Shown: positions 26,301 to 41,300 of the stretch, piece by piece | Layout: every line of letters begins with the position of its first letter | Numbering within the stretch: position 1 is the stretch's first letter | DNA from: Christensenellales bacterium | Lineage (GTDB): Bacteria > Bacillota > Clostridia > Christensenellales > JBMNTQ01 | Direction of reading: 5' to 3' | Assembly (NCBI GenBank): GCA_050945815.1 | Contig: JBMNTQ010000001.1 | Location: 1-53,261, forward strand | DNA: 53,261 nucleotides | Notes under the pieces: generated by a model | The model's input: only the letters and a program-made list of their open reading frames with translations | Databases searched by the model: none | Told to the model about the DNA's origin: nothing | Program-made: the position numbers and the translations under genes

Positions 26301-29300
26301 CAGGATTTGCGCGCTCATTTCGGCATGGTCTTGCAGGATACTTGGCTGTTTCATGGCACCATTTTGGATAATATACGATATGGACGGCTGGATGCAACGG
26401 ATGAGGAGGTTATGGCTGCGGCAAAGGCTGCCTATGCCCATAGCTTTATCCGCACGCTGCCGGACGGCTACCAGATGATTTTGAATGAGGAGAGCAGCAA
26501 CTTGTCGCAGGGACAAAAGCAGCTTTTGACCATTGCGCGGGCGTTGTTGGCGGACCCTGAGATATTGATCTTTGATGAGGCGACCAGTTCGGTGGATACG
26601 CGACTGGAGATTTTACTCAAAAAAGCTATGAACAACCTGATGGAAGGACGCACGAGCTTTATCATTGCCCACCGGCTGTCGACAATCCGGGATGCGGATT
26701 GTATTTTGGTGATGAATGAGGGAGATATTGTGGAGCAGGGCAGCCATGACGAGTTGTTGGCCAAAGGGGGCTTCTATACGGCGCTGTATAGCAGTCAGTT
26801 TGAGCAGGGGGCGAGCTAGGCAGCGGCTTTATCAGGCAGGGGCTTTGATGGGGAGTGGCAAAATGGAGCGGGGGTTTTATCAGGAAGTATATGCATGGGC
26901 GGCGAAAATTCCGGCAGGGAAGGTTGCTACGTATGGGCAGCTTGCTTTGCTGGCCGGGCGGCCACGCTCGGCACGGCAGGCAGGCAATGCTTTGCGTCGG
27001 GCGCCGGAAGGTTTGCCTTGCCACCGGGTGGTGAATGCGCGGGGGGAGTTGGCTGCTGCGCATATTTTTGGACCGGGGGTACAGCGCGAACTTTTGCTTG
27101 GGGAGAACGTGCGTTTTTTGCCGGACGGACGAATCGATTTACAACGTTGTTTGTGGGACGGACGCTAAAGGGGAGAGTTTGATTTGCAGAAGAAGCCTGT
27201 GTATCTTGAATATGGAGACCGGGAGATCGCCCATCTTACAGAGGCCGACGGCAAACTGGGGGCTTATATTGCCCGTATCGGGAAGCTTATGCGGCCGGTG
27301 GAGCCGGATGGATTTGTGGCTTTGACGGATTGTATGATCAGCCAGCAGATTTCCGGAAAGGCGGCGGCAACCATCGCAGGGAGGCTGCGGGAGAGAGTGG
27401 GGGAAATGACCCCTGCAGCTTTGCTGGAGTTGGATGGGGAGGGGTATCGGTCTTGCGGCATATCGGCTCGTAAGGCGGGCTATTTGCGGGGCGCTGCCGA
27501 AGCGGTGATGAGCGGTCGGCTGGATTTTTCGGCCCTTTCGGCCTTGGAGGACGAGGAAGTGGTGCGCTGTTTGACGGCTTTGCCCGGCGTGGGTGTTTGG
27601 ACGGCGCAGATGTTGCTGATCTTTTCTTTGCAGCGGCGAGACATACTCAGCTTTGGCGATTTTGGAATACGGCGCGGACTTACCCGGTTGCACGGGGAGC
27701 AAGCGGTACAGCGCGAGGCGTTCGAACGCTATCGGAGGCTGTATTCGCCCTATGGTACGGTGGCTTCGCTGTACTTGTGGGAGATAGCGCGGCTGGAGGA
27801 CTGATTATAAACGGAGAGGAAAGCGAAGAGGATGAGAAAGCGTTTGGAACAGCAGATAGATTTTTTTCTGGAACTGGATAGGCTGAAGCAAGTTTTGCGG
27901 CGCAACCTGATTATTGGGGAGGAACGCAACGAAAACGATGCGGAGCATTCCTGGCATTTGGCTGTGATGGCTTTGGTGTTTTCAGAGTATGCGGCGCAGA
28001 AGGAGATGGACCTTTTGCGGGTGGTGAAGATGCTGCTGTTGCATGATGTGGTGGAGATTGACGCTGGAGATACCTTTTGCTACGATGAGGCTGCGAACCG
28101 GGACAAGGAGGAGAGAGAGGAGATGGCTGCACGGCGGATTTTTGCCCTGTTGCCCCCAGATCAACACCGAGAATTTTATGGGCTTTGGCGAGAATTTGAG
28201 GAAGGAAAGACAAAGGAGGCGCGCTTTGCTGTTTGTTTGGACCGCCTGCAGCCTCTTTTTCTGAACTATCGAACCGGCGGACACACCTGGAGTATGCCCG
28301 GCGTAACCAGCGGTGATGTTAAAAAGCGTAACAGGCCGTTGGAGGAAAATGCGCCTGTGTTGTGGGAGTATGCGCTGGAGATGATTGAGCGGGCTGTGGA
28401 GGAGGGCATATTGGCTCCCTGATGGGGAGGGGGAAAACAGGATCAGCCCCGGGAAGGACGGGGAAAATGGCGGAACAGGGCGCAGAGTGGGCTGGAAAGA
28501 GGTTGAATCTATTGACAACTATAAACCAATTGTTTATGGTTATGGTGGAAGAATTGTTCGATTACCTTTGAGGGGGATTGCTTATCTTATGCCAAAGGCG
28601 AAAATTACGAGTATTAAGGACGTTGCTGCATTAGCGAACGTTTCTATTTCTACAGTTTCCCATGTTTTGAACCGCTCTAAGAATGTTAGTTCGGGTTTGA
28701 GCAAGAGGGTTATGGATGCGGTGGAGGAGTTGGGGTATGAGATTAACCCGATAGCCAGCGGACTTAAGAGCGGTAAGACCAACATGATCGGTGTGGTGGT
28801 TACGACCATTGCCAATATCTTCTATTCGGAACTTTTACATAGCATTCATGCGGCGGCGCTGAAGAAGAACTATAATGTCTGTATTTATGAGACGCAACAG
28901 AACCTAGAACACGAGATCCGCTACATTGATGTGCTGAAATCCCGGTGGGTGGAGGGAATTTTGCTGACGTCCTGTTTGGATACCGATCGGCCGGAAGCGC
29001 CGGGCTATATCAAGAAGCTGACAACGTTGAATATCAACCGAAAGCGAATTCCTGTTGTGTGTATTGACGCGGCCATCAGTGAAACCCTGGATGCTGTGAC
29101 TGCAGATAACCGGGTGGCTATGTTTAAGGCTACCCAGCACATGTTTGATATTGGCAAAAGAAATATCGCTTATGTGGCGGCTCCATTTTACTTCCAGAAC
29201 GGAAAGGACCGTAAAATGGGCTATTTGGATGCTTTGCAGCGTAATAGCGCGCCCATTCGGCAGGAGTTTATTGTAGAGGGGGACTTTTCGCCCGAGAGCG

Positions 29301-32300
29301 GCGCGGCGTGTATGCGCAAGCTGCTTAGCCTGGGTTTGCCCATCGATGGTGTTGCTGTGGGCAGCGATCAGATGGGGGTAGGCGTTATTTGGGAATTGAA
29401 GCAGCGTGGTTTTCGCATTCCGCAGGATATTGCGGTAACTGGATTTGACGATAACTTCCCTGCTACGCTGATTTCGCCGTCGCTTTCTACTATGCGGGTA
29501 TCGAAAGAAAAGCTGGGTTCCTATGCATTTGATTTGCTGATTGAGCGTATAAACAACCCGGGCGCTCCTAGAAAGCTGGTTGAGTTGGAGTCGGAGTTGA
29601 TTGTGCGCCAATCTACTGATTTTGAGAAGGAGACAGCTTGGAGCCTGAAAGAATGGTCGTAAACTTGCTTTCTGTGGAGACGCATCATTATGACAAGAAT
29701 TGAATATAACAAAAAACAAATACTTGTTGACAAATCTCAATATATTGTTTATGCTAACAACATAGCGAAACGTTTTTTTGTCTGGTAACGTTTCTGTCTA
29801 AAATTATCATTCCTGTTTAATTTTTTATAATGTTATGGTCTGGTCAGGTCATTATTCCATTTATAAGAAAAACGTTTTTTATTCATGGATATGAGCCGTG
29901 CGCGTTTGTAAGCTACGAGACGGGCCGGGTGTGGGGAACGGTATCTTTGAATGGAATGGATTGTGTAGCATGCATAGGCGGGCGGATTTCGGGCGGTTGA
30001 GAGACTGAGCCGGGTGAAACGACGGAAGCGGTAAGTTATCCCATCCCTATAAGAGAGAAAGTTTAATATGATGGAAGGTGATTGCTATTGAATGAGGAGA
30101 CCAAACCTATATTAAGCATGAAGGGGATCGACAAGAGCTTTCCGGGGGTGCATGCCCTGAAAAATGTGGATTTCGAGTTGGGAGCGGGGGAAATTTGCGG
30201 AATTCTGGGGGAGGATGGAGCTGGGAAATCGACCCTGATGAATGTGCTGGGGGGTGTATGCCCAAGCGATGAGGGACAGATTTTTATCGACGGAGAAGAG
30301 ACTCATATCTTTAACACCAAGATAGCGGAAAATTTAGGAATTTCCTTTGTTCATCAGGAATGGTCGCTGTTCGAGAATTTAAGCCTCGCTATGAACATCT
30401 ATATTCAGAATTTGCCGAAAAGGCTGGGCAGATTGAACAAACGCAAATTGGAAAAAAATGCTCGGGTGATTCTGGATGAGGTAGAGCTTGGACATTGCAG
30501 GCCGGAGCAGCGAGCGGGCGAACTCCAAAGGAGTGAGCAGCAGCTGGTAGAGATTGGCCGGATGCTGGGCAGGAATGTCAGAATTTTGATCTTGGATGAG
30601 CTGACATCGTTTTTGAGCGCTGACGAAACCCAAATACTGTTTAGGGTTGTGAGAAACATCCAAGCGAAAGGCGTAGCTATTATCTTTATTAGCCGGCGGA
30701 TGGACGAGATTTTTGAAATTTGTGACAGCGTTATGATTATGCAGGATGGACGGAGAATTCTCAAAACCGGTATACGGGATATTTCTCGGAAGGAATTCGA
30801 CGAGAATCTGGACGTGAGTAGACAGAGCAGGCCTCAAAGCATACTGGGCGAGGCGCTGCAGGCGGGCGGCTTGTATGGGCGCATAGGGGCGGACGCGACG
30901 GAAGCTTTGTGTAGCATCCTCGGGCTTGATAAATATGAGAGCGGGCAGAATCCACCGGTTCTTTGGTACTGATCGCGGTGAATATACGGATATAATTTGC
31001 GCCAAGATTGCTTAGTTTGATGGCGGGATTGGCGACTGAAAGGCCGGATAGCCGCTTTGAAGGAAGGGGTATGGCCGATAATTCCCTGGTACGTGCAACG
31101 GGGACAATATATAATGTTGACAGCGGTGAATCGTGGGTTAGACAAATACCCCTTCATTGCAGAATATATCATTTTAGGGGAGGATTAGAATAATGAAAGC
31201 AATTATATTTAAGAGACCTGGTGTCTTTGCCTATGAAGACAGGCCGAAACCCGAGATTAAAAATGCGGATGACATTTTGATCAAGGTATTGGGCGTTGGC
31301 ATATGCGGGACGGACCTGCATATTCTGATGGATCCGCCGATGCATCCGGCTAAACCGGATATCATTTTCGGACACGAATATTGCGGCGAGGTGGCTGAGG
31401 TTGGAAGTGGTATTGACTGGCTTAAGCCTGGCGATAAAGTGATCGTTGATCCCCATCCGCCATGTGGACATTGTAAGCATTGCCGCAGCGACCGCCCGGA
31501 CATGTGTATGACGCTGTATAACCAGCAGGGCACGCCGTATGAAGAGCATGGCGAAACCCGCGGCTTGTTCCAGGATGGTGCTTTGACCAGCTATACTTGT
31601 GTTCCGGCGCACTCCGTTTACAAAGTTGCACCGGATACGCCGTTCGAGGTGGCTGCTCTTGCAGAGCCGTTGTCTTGTGTGGGGTATGCGATTGAGAAGC
31701 TTACCATCCAGGCTGGAGATTCGGTGTGTGTGCTGGGCGCAGGCCCGATGGGGCTGCTGTTTGCTGCGTTGGCCAAGGCAAATGGGGCGACGCGGGTTAT
31801 TGTTTCCGAGCCTCATGAATATAGGCGTGAGAAGGCTTTAAAATGCGGCGCGACCCATGTCGTCAACCCTTATGAGGAGGACTTGAAGCAGGTTTGCCTG
31901 GACTTGACCGATGGCTTGGGCGTGGATCATTGTATTGAGGCGGTGGGGCAGATGCTGTCTACTGCGATCGATATGATTCGTCCGAACGGGAAAGTAATGA
32001 TGTTTGGCCACGATGAGACGGCTACACCGCCGATTCGCCTAGCTGAGATTGTCCGGAAAGAAGCGCAGATTTACGGTGGATTCTTGGGTAAATATTATTT
32101 CGAAAAGACGGCCCGTATCATAGAAAGCGGGATACTGCCTTTGGAGGAAATTGCGACTCACACATTCCCCTTGAGCGAATACCAGAAGGGCTTGGACCTG
32201 CTCCGGGCAGGAAAAGCACTTAAAGTAGTTATCTATCCTGAAACTTATTAATAATTTCCTTCCATTTCCCAAGGAGAGCCTTTGCTTTTATCTTGCGGCG

Positions 32301-35300
32301 AAGGCTCTCCGATTCTTGGAAAAAGGGTAGGAATGGCAGGGGAGGATGACAAGATAATGATAAGCTTTATTTTGGAAATTCCTGAATGCCTCTTGACAAA
32401 TATATCGATATCCTGTATTCTATTTTTTAGAAAAACGTTTCGAATCTTACGACATTCCAATATAATGATAAATTTATTTACTTTTTTGCAGAACAGAAAA
32501 ACGTTTTCCTGACGAACATTACTTGTTTAAGGATGCTGTTTGGTCAATAGAAGTTATTGGAAAACACTTTATGGAAATCGTTTTCCATGAAAAAGGAATG
32601 TTTTCACTGCATCGAACATGATTCAAAATTTGTGCATTGCACAAAATAATACTCATCTAGGGAGAGTTCCCAAAACTAAGGAGGAGAAAGAATGAAGAAA
32701 AAGCTTTCGTTTCTACTAGCACTCTTGATGGTGCTGGTACTGGTTGCAGGCTGCGGCCAGAACAACGACAACGCGCCCAGCGCAGATCCCGATCAGAGTG
32801 TTGCCGGTGAATCCCCGGCGGCAGAAGATAAGGTTTATAAGATCGGATTTACGGTTAACGATTTTAATGATAAATGGGTTACCTATGTGATGGACAATGC
32901 GGAGTTGTGGGACGAGGAGACCGCTGAAGCTGAAGTTACGCTGGGCAACGGCAGAAACGACACCAGCGTTCAGATGCAGATTGTGGAAGACTGGATTACC
33001 CAGGGATATGACGCAGTTTGTGTGAAGCCTGTTGAAGTTGATGCTGCAAAATCTATGGCTGAGAAATGCAATGCTGCTGGAATCCCCTATGTTGCTGTGC
33101 AGCAGGATATTGGCGGCGGTGATGTGACGGTTGGCCCCGACATCTTTGAATGCGGGAAAGTTGAAATGCAGGGCGTTGTGGATGCGCTGGACGGCAAAGG
33201 TAAGGTTGCGTATCTCGCCGGCGAGCCTGGTGTTCTGATCTCGACTCTGCGCCGGGATGGCTCGATGAGCGTTGTGGATGAGAACCCCGACATTGAGTTG
33301 GTTGCAGAAGAATTGGGACTGTGGCAGCGCGATAAGGCACAGAATATCGTAGAAAACTGGATCCAGGGTGGAATTGAGTTTGACGCGATTTGTGCGGCGA
33401 ATGACGAAATGGCTATTGGAGCTATTCTGGCTCTGGAAGCTGTCAACAAGCTGGACGGCGTCGTAATTGCCGGTATCGATGGAACATTGGATGCTTTGGA
33501 GTACATGGAAGACGGTAAGCTGACCTTCACGATGTATGCAGACCCCGTAGGCTTGGCGCGGGAGAGCTTGGACGCTGCTTTGAAGCTGGCTAAGGGCGAA
33601 ACTGTGGAAGACATTGTTCTCTACGATACGCTGGTTGCTCAGGACGAAGTAGAAGTATATAAAGCAAAGTGGCAATAAGAATAACTTTTAAAGGGTACGA
33701 TTCTCCGCTTGTTTGAGCGGACAGGAGGAAAGGTTTGGAGTTGCTCCTTTTGTGAGTAATGAGGGTGCAACTCCACCTACCCTAACGTTGCATGAGAATA
33801 GCAAAGGGGGGCAAGTGTATGCAGGAACAGGATTACATTCTGAAAATGGAACATATATGTAAGGGATTTCCTGGCGTCGTTGCCTTGGATGATGTTCAGC
33901 TCAATGTTAAAAAAGGAACGGTTCACGCTATTATGGGCGAGAATGGCGCCGGCAAGTCTACCCTGATGAAGGTTTTGCAGGGAATTTATAAGAAAGACGC
34001 AGGCACCATTACCTTCCGGGGCGAAGAGGTTAACTTCAAAGGACCGTCTGACGCTTTGCAAAAAGGGATCGCGATGATTCATCAGGAATTGAGCACTGTC
34101 CAGGATTTAACGGTGGCTGAGAATATTTTCTTGGGAAAAGAGATTACACTGGGGAAAACCATGTTCACGAAGAAGAAGACGATGGTTAGAAAAGCGCAGG
34201 AGCTTTTTGACAACTTGAGCATGGATATAGACCCCAAGTCAAAGATGAGATATTTAAGCGTTGCACAGCAGCAGATGTGCGAAATTGCAAAGGCGATCTC
34301 CTATAATGCTGATTTGATTATTATGGATGAGCCGACATCAGCAATTACTGAAACGGAAGTGGAGCATCTATTTAGCATCATTCGGGATTTGGTAGACAAT
34401 GGCATTACGATTATTTATATCACTCATAAAATGGATGAAGTTTGGAAAATTACCGATGAAATTACGGTTTATCGAGATGGAAAATATATTGGACAGGTAA
34501 ATACTCAGGAGACCACTCGAAACAAGCTGGTGCAGATGATGGTAGGCAGGGAGATTACCGCGATGTTTCCGAAGGAATATGCGGAGATTGGCGATGTTTA
34601 CCTAAAGGTTGAGGGTTTGAGCCGCAAAGGGGAATTTGAGGACGTGAGCTTTGAAGTAAAGCGCGGTGAGATTCTAGGCGTTGCGGGATTGATGGGTGCC
34701 GGTCGCAGCGAGATTATGGAGACATTGTTCGGTGTGCGGAAGAAGAGCGCAGGGGAAATTTATATTGACGGGAAGAAAATCCGGATTAATCGGCCCAGCG
34801 ACGCGATTAAAAATAAAATTGCTTTGTTGACCGAAGACAGAAAACGGAGCGGTTGTTTTTTGCCGCTGAGCGTGAGACTGAATACCTATGTTGCAGCCAT
34901 TAACAGCGTTGTTAAGGGGCCTTTTGTTGATTATAAGAAGACAGTTGCCGTTTCGGAAGATATGAAAAATAAGCTGAACATCAAGACGCCCAGCCTGGAG
35001 CAGAAGATCGTTAATCTTTCCGGCGGGAACCAGCAGAAAGTTTTGGTGGGCAGATGGTTGCTGACCAATCCGGACATTTTGATTATTGACGAGCCGACCC
35101 GGGGAATTGATGTGGGCGCCAAGGCGGAGATTCACAAGCTCATTTGCGCTTTGGCCAAAGAAGGCAAGTGCGTGATTATGATTTCCTCGGAACTGCCTGA
35201 AATATTGGGCATGAGCGATCGGATCATGGTGGTGAGCGACGGTAAAGTTGCAGGCTTTTTAACGGCTGAGGAAGCGACACAGGAGAAAATCCTGCTGTAT

Positions 35301-38300
35301 GCAACCGGCGAGACCGAATAAGACAGGCTGGGGGGAGATTACTTTGGAAAAGATGAAGTTACCTACATCGTGGAAAGAGAAACGGGCGAAGTTTTTATCA
35401 ACATATGGTACGCTGTTGATTTTGATTGGTATGATGTTGATTATGACCATATTGAAGGGGACTATGTTTTTGTCCTGGACCAATATTTTCAATGTGATGC
35501 GTCAGCAGACGGCCATTTCACTGATGGCTTTGGGCGTTATGCTGCCCATCATTACAGCAGGTACGGATTTATCCGGCGGATCGGTTATTGCCCTGTGCGG
35601 CGTTGTTGCCGCTATGCTGGCGCATCCGGAGTCGGCAGGCTCGGCAGCGGGAGAGTTTCCTTTTATTGTGCCCATCTTAGCGGGTATTTTGACCGGTGCT
35701 TTGTGCGGGCTGGTTAATGGGATTGTGATTTCTTATGGGAACGTTCCGCCGTTTATTGCTACGTTGGGTATGATGCAGGCGGCCCGCGGTATGACCCATA
35801 TCATTTCTAACGGCAAACCCATCAATGGATTTACGCCGGCTTTTGAAGCAATCGGCGGGGGCAGCTTGTTTGGGATTCCAGTTCCAATTTATATTTTGCT
35901 GGGCGCAGCTATTATTATGTATTTTATTCTGCACCGATCCAAATTTGGAACCTATGTTTATGCGATTGGCGGCAATGAGTTGGCTGCGAAGGTTTCGGGG
36001 ATTAAAGTAAACCTGAATAAAACCATGGTTTATGTGATTGCGGGTGCTTTTACCGGCTTGGCTTCTCTGGTGCTGACATCCAGAAGTATGGCGGGGAACC
36101 CTGCGGCAGGAGTTACCTATGAGATGGACGCCATTACCGGCGCTGTATTGGGCGGAACCAGCTTCTCGGGCGGTGTCGGAACGGCTTGGGGTACGCTGAT
36201 TGGTGCGTTGATTATGGGCGTTTTGACCAACGGGATGACGATGCTGCAGATTGACCCGAACTTGCAGATGATTGTGAAGGGCGCTGTTATTGTTATCGCT
36301 GTGTTGATTGATGAGCGCAAGAACAGGAAGAACCGATAGGAATTCTTGAATCATTCAGGTAGATAAGCGAGCGGCCAGAGAAGGGCTGCTCGCTTTTTAT
36401 TGTTTAAAAAAGCGCTAGGCTAGGCCCGTGGCAGAGAGGAGCTTTGGTGACTTTTCAAGCCCTTTACTTGGATAAAGTAAGCTAGGCCTGCCAACCAAGA
36501 ATTGAGAATAAACAGGGCAGCGAAACGATAGAAGCGCGCTTTTACGGGCAGATTCGATAGGTAGTTTAAGTTGGCGGTAAAGACAGGGCTTTTTAGGCAG
36601 ATATGAAATACCCCCGGCTAGGCGGGGGGATGATTCGCTATTTTGGACATTTGGGGGACGAGAAGCGGGCTTTATTTCTCTTCGACGGAGGGGAAGGCGT
36701 TGGCGGGGAATAAGGGGATTGGGGAAAGAAGCGCTGGAGGATGGTGGCTGCGAGCCAGCCGCAGACTATGCCTAGGCCTGCGCCGGCGATGATATCGGAC
36801 GGGTAATGCAGGTAGAGGTAGATTCGGGAGAAGCCGACTAAGGCCGAAAACACATAGGCGAATATGCCGACTTTGCGGTTGGATAGGGCGATGGCGGTGG
36901 CAGCGGCAAAGGAGGAGCATGCGTGGGTAGAAGGAAAGGAAAAGCTGCTGGGTGCAGCAGCAGGCAAGAGGGCGCTTTGATTGAGCGCAAAGGGCCTTGG
37001 ACGTTGTATGAGAGGCTTGAGGATATGGTCGGAGACATAGTAGCTCAGCAGCAGCGCGGCCAGCAGGGTAAGCCCCAGACGCCGGGTTTTTTTGGCGAAT
37101 AGGCAAGCTGCGGCTACGGCCACCCAGATTAGCCCCGCATCGGTGATATGGGAGATTATGAGCATGCTTTGGTCTAGTATGCTGTAGCGCAGCAACGGCT
37201 GTAGGGAGTTTAAAAGCGATAGTTCAAAGCAAGAAAGACTCATAGGCGGGCCAACCCTTTCGCGGCGCTTGCATCAGCGCTATTGTCTGGGTTAGGTTGT
37301 GCATTTTTTGTGAATAATATGATGATTGAAAAGAGATTCGGCAAGGATGGGATAGGTTATGAGCAGGATGGTTTTTGAGAGTGAAGCTTAATAGAAGCTA
37401 TTTTAGTGTTTGCTCTTCTTTATTGAATAATGCGTCGGCTTTTCTGTCTAAGAGCGGAGGCAGAAAGTAGGAGAGGGGAATAGACGGCGGGAATGTTAGA
37501 ACCCATCCTTCTAGCCAGGCAAGGACAAAGCCTGCGGCAAAACCGTTCTTCACCAGACCCATGATGAGGGACATGGTACAGGACATAATCAGTGCCATCA
37601 GAACAGAAGAGAACAGCTTGGATTTTTTCATGAAGACGCTCCTTTGCATGGCATAGTATTTATATCATTGTAGCGTACTTTGGCGGATGGGGCAAGAAAC
37701 GGGCATGTGGGCCATTGAACTTTGGAGCAGGCGGCTTTTTGAATTACCTTCTGCCGGTTTATTTTGGATGGGATATGTGCTATGATAAGATAATAAATCG
37801 TAATAGTATAGTAATGGGGGATGAATCATGGCAACGCTAGATTTTATTCATGTAGGGATTACTGTGAAAGACTTGGACGTCACTCGGCGCTTCTATGAGA
37901 AGCTTGGATTCACTGTGAGCAAAGAGCCCTTTGCTACGACATGGGAAGGCTATTGGAAGGCCAAGAACTTCTTCTATAAGCTGCCGGAAGGAACAAATGG
38001 GAAGATTCTTTTTATGGCATCCCCAAGCGGCGCAAAGGTCGAATTCTTCTGGTTTGACCAACTTGTGGACGGAGAATATGATGTGTGGAATCGTCCTGGA
38101 ATTCACCACATAGCTTTGTCGACAGATGATATTAAATCTGTTGTGGAAGCCCTTCGAGCCGAAGGCGTGGAGTTTGAATTGGGGCCGGTGAAGGGGACGA
38201 CACAGGAATTTGTGTTCTTGAGAGACCCGGATGGCAATATGATTGAGATTGGCCAGCCCTATGACCTTTAAGTAAGAAGAAAGCTCGTTGCCGGGTAAAC

Positions 38301-41300
38301 CTTGGCGCTCGCTGAATGGGGGGCTTTGGGTTTTTGTTGCAAGTTGAGGGGAAGAGCTTTTAATCGGAGACTTAGAGGACCGCAATAAAGTAAGAAGCCG
38401 CGATCATACCGCGGCTTTTTTGCTGTTCAATGCTGCCGAAAAGACGCAGGCTTGTACGCAGACATGAAAATATCGCACGCCATCGAAAGACAGCGCGCGA
38501 CACTTTGGGCGGCGGCTCGCGCTTTGCCCTGTGCTACCAATAAAGATGCAACATTTCGCCGCGGACATAAAAAACCGCGCCCCGTCAAAAGATCGTGCGC
38601 GATATTGTAAGCGGCGGCTCGCCGCTGTAATGGTTTGACTAAATAGATGACGCCTGTTTCGGGCAAAGAAAATTCGCAAACCACCGAAGCGATTTGCGAA
38701 TGTGGGTCCAGCGTCACGCTGGTGGCACCCCCAAGGGGATTCGAACCCCTGTTACCGCCGTGAGAGGGCGGCGTCCTAGGCCTCTAGACCATGGGGGCAA
38801 ATAGGATGTTAGCAAAATATATTGTATAATATGGCGAACAACTTGTCAAGCAAAAACCAAGTAGGCTGCCTCGAAAAAGGCGCGCTTTTCAAGGCCGGCG
38901 TCTTGATTTCGTTAAGCAGGGCAGAAGTATGCTGAACAAAAGAAAGGAGCAGCATGTGCGCTGCTCCTTCGATGCGGAACGATTGGCCCGGGCAGATTTA
39001 GCCTCGGGTGGCCTTAACTTTCATCCAGATATCGTTGTATCGATCGATGAAGTCGCCTAAGTCGTGGAAAATTTCACAACGCTCCAATGCTTCTTCGCTG
39101 GGGTTGTAGGCCGGATTGTTGCGCAATATCTCGTCTGCCTCGTCGAATGATTGTTGTACCGGCGTGGTGTAGCCGATATAGTTTGTGTTGATCAGCGCGA
39201 TATCCGGCCGGCAGAGGAAATCGATAAACAGCATGGCTGCATCGTAATTCTCAGTGTCCTTCATGATGACCATATTGTCGAACCAAAGGTTGCTTCCTTC
39301 TTTGGGAATGGCGTAGGATAGCTCCTCGTTTTCCATGATGCAGTAGGCTGCGTCGCCGGAGTAGACCACGGCCAAAGCCGCGTTGTTGCCAATCATCTTA
39401 TCCTTGACTTCATCGCCCACATAGGCCAGCACCAGAGGCTTCTGGGCGACCAGGTCCGCCTCTGCGGCAGACAGGGCGGCTTCATCGCGGGTGTTGATTT
39501 CGTAGCCGTTTTTCATTAGGGCTACAGCGATGGAATCGCGGATGGAGTCGTACATGAAGATCTGTTTTTCATAGGCCTCATCCCAGAGGATTTCCCAGCT
39601 GTCTACTGTTTCATCCACCATGGTGGTGTTGTAGAGGATGCCTAACGTACCCCACATATAGGGAACGGAGTATTGGTTGCCCGGGTCGAAAGACTGATCT
39701 TTGCAGAAATCCATGATTTCATCGAAATTCTCAAGCTTGGAGGTATCGATCTTGGCGAGGGAATCGTTGGCAATTAGCCTTTCGATAATATAATCTGAAG
39801 GGAAAGCGACGTCGTAACCGCCGGAATCCAGCATCACCATCATTTCCTCGTTGTTGGGAACATCTTGATAGTTGACTTTGATCCAGGGATATTCGTCTTC
39901 AAAGGTGGCGACGAGGGAATCTTCTATATAGTCGCCCCAGTTTAAGACGTTTAAGGTCACGTTTTGCTGCTGGCCTCCACCGGTATTGCCGCCGCAGGCA
40001 GCCAGCACAGGGACAATCATAAGTAGTACCAGGGCTAGGGAAAGAAATTTTTTCATTTTACAGTCTCCTTCAGATTATTTTTATCCCGCGATGAACGTCG
40101 GTTCACAATAACCAGCAAAATGATAACGCTGAAAAACATAAGTGTGGACAGGGCGTTGATCTTGGGGTTGAGGCCCCGCCGGGCCATGGAATATATTGTA
40201 ACCGAGAGGTTCTGGGCGCTTTGTGAAGTAAACATACTGATGACAAAGTCGTCCAGGGAGAGGGTGAACGCCAGAATTGCGCCGGTAATGATGCCTGGAC
40301 GGATATCCGGAATGATGACCTTGCGCAGGGCATAGAAGGGGGTGGCACCTAAATCCAGTGCGGCTTCGTACATCTGGGGGCGCATTTGACGCAACCTAGG
40401 CAGCACCGAGAAGATGACGTAGGGCACATTAAAGGATATGTGGGCCAGCAGTAACGTCAGATACCCCCGGGGAATGTTGAAGAACAAGAATAACAGCATC
40501 AGCGAAATACCGGTTACAATATCGGGATTCAGCATGGGGATATAGGTGACATTCAGCACCGCCGTCTTGGTGCGCCGCCGCATGTTGTGTATGCCGATGG
40601 CGGCGAGGGTGCCAATGATGGTGGCGATGATCGCGGACAATACGGCCACGGACAAGGAGATATAGAGGGCGTTGAGGATGCGCGCGTCGGAGAAAAGCTG
40701 CTCATACCATGTGAAGGAAAACCCGGTCCACTTGGACATGGATTTACCTTCGTTAAAGGAAAAGACCACCAGCACGAAGATGGGTGCGTAGAGGAAGAGC
40801 AGCACCAGTGCCATGTATATTTTGGTAAAAATCCCCGTCTTTTTCGTCATAGGCCGCCACCTGCCTGTTCAAGCTGGTCGTGCCGAGACAGCACCAGCAT
40901 ACTGACGATGATGAACAGCATCATGATGAAGGACAGGGCAGAACCGAAGTTCCAATCCTGTAGCGTCAGAAACTGATTTTCGATCAGGTCGCCGTATAGC
41001 ATATATTGTGAGCCGCCCAAAAGGCGGGAGATGGCGAAGGTGGTGATGGCCGGCATGAATACCATCGTGATGCCGGAGATGACGCCGGGCATGGACAGCG
41101 GGAAAATAATCCGGGAAAATACGCGGCGAGAATTCGCGCCCAAGTCTTCCGCCGCTTCGACGAGGGAATTGGGGATTTTAGACAGAGCTGTGTAGATGGG
41201 CAGCACCATAAACGGCAGGAAATTGTAGACCATGCCTACAAGGATTGCCCCGGAATTGTACATCAGCTCCGCCCGCCCAAAGCCCAGGCCCATCAGCAGT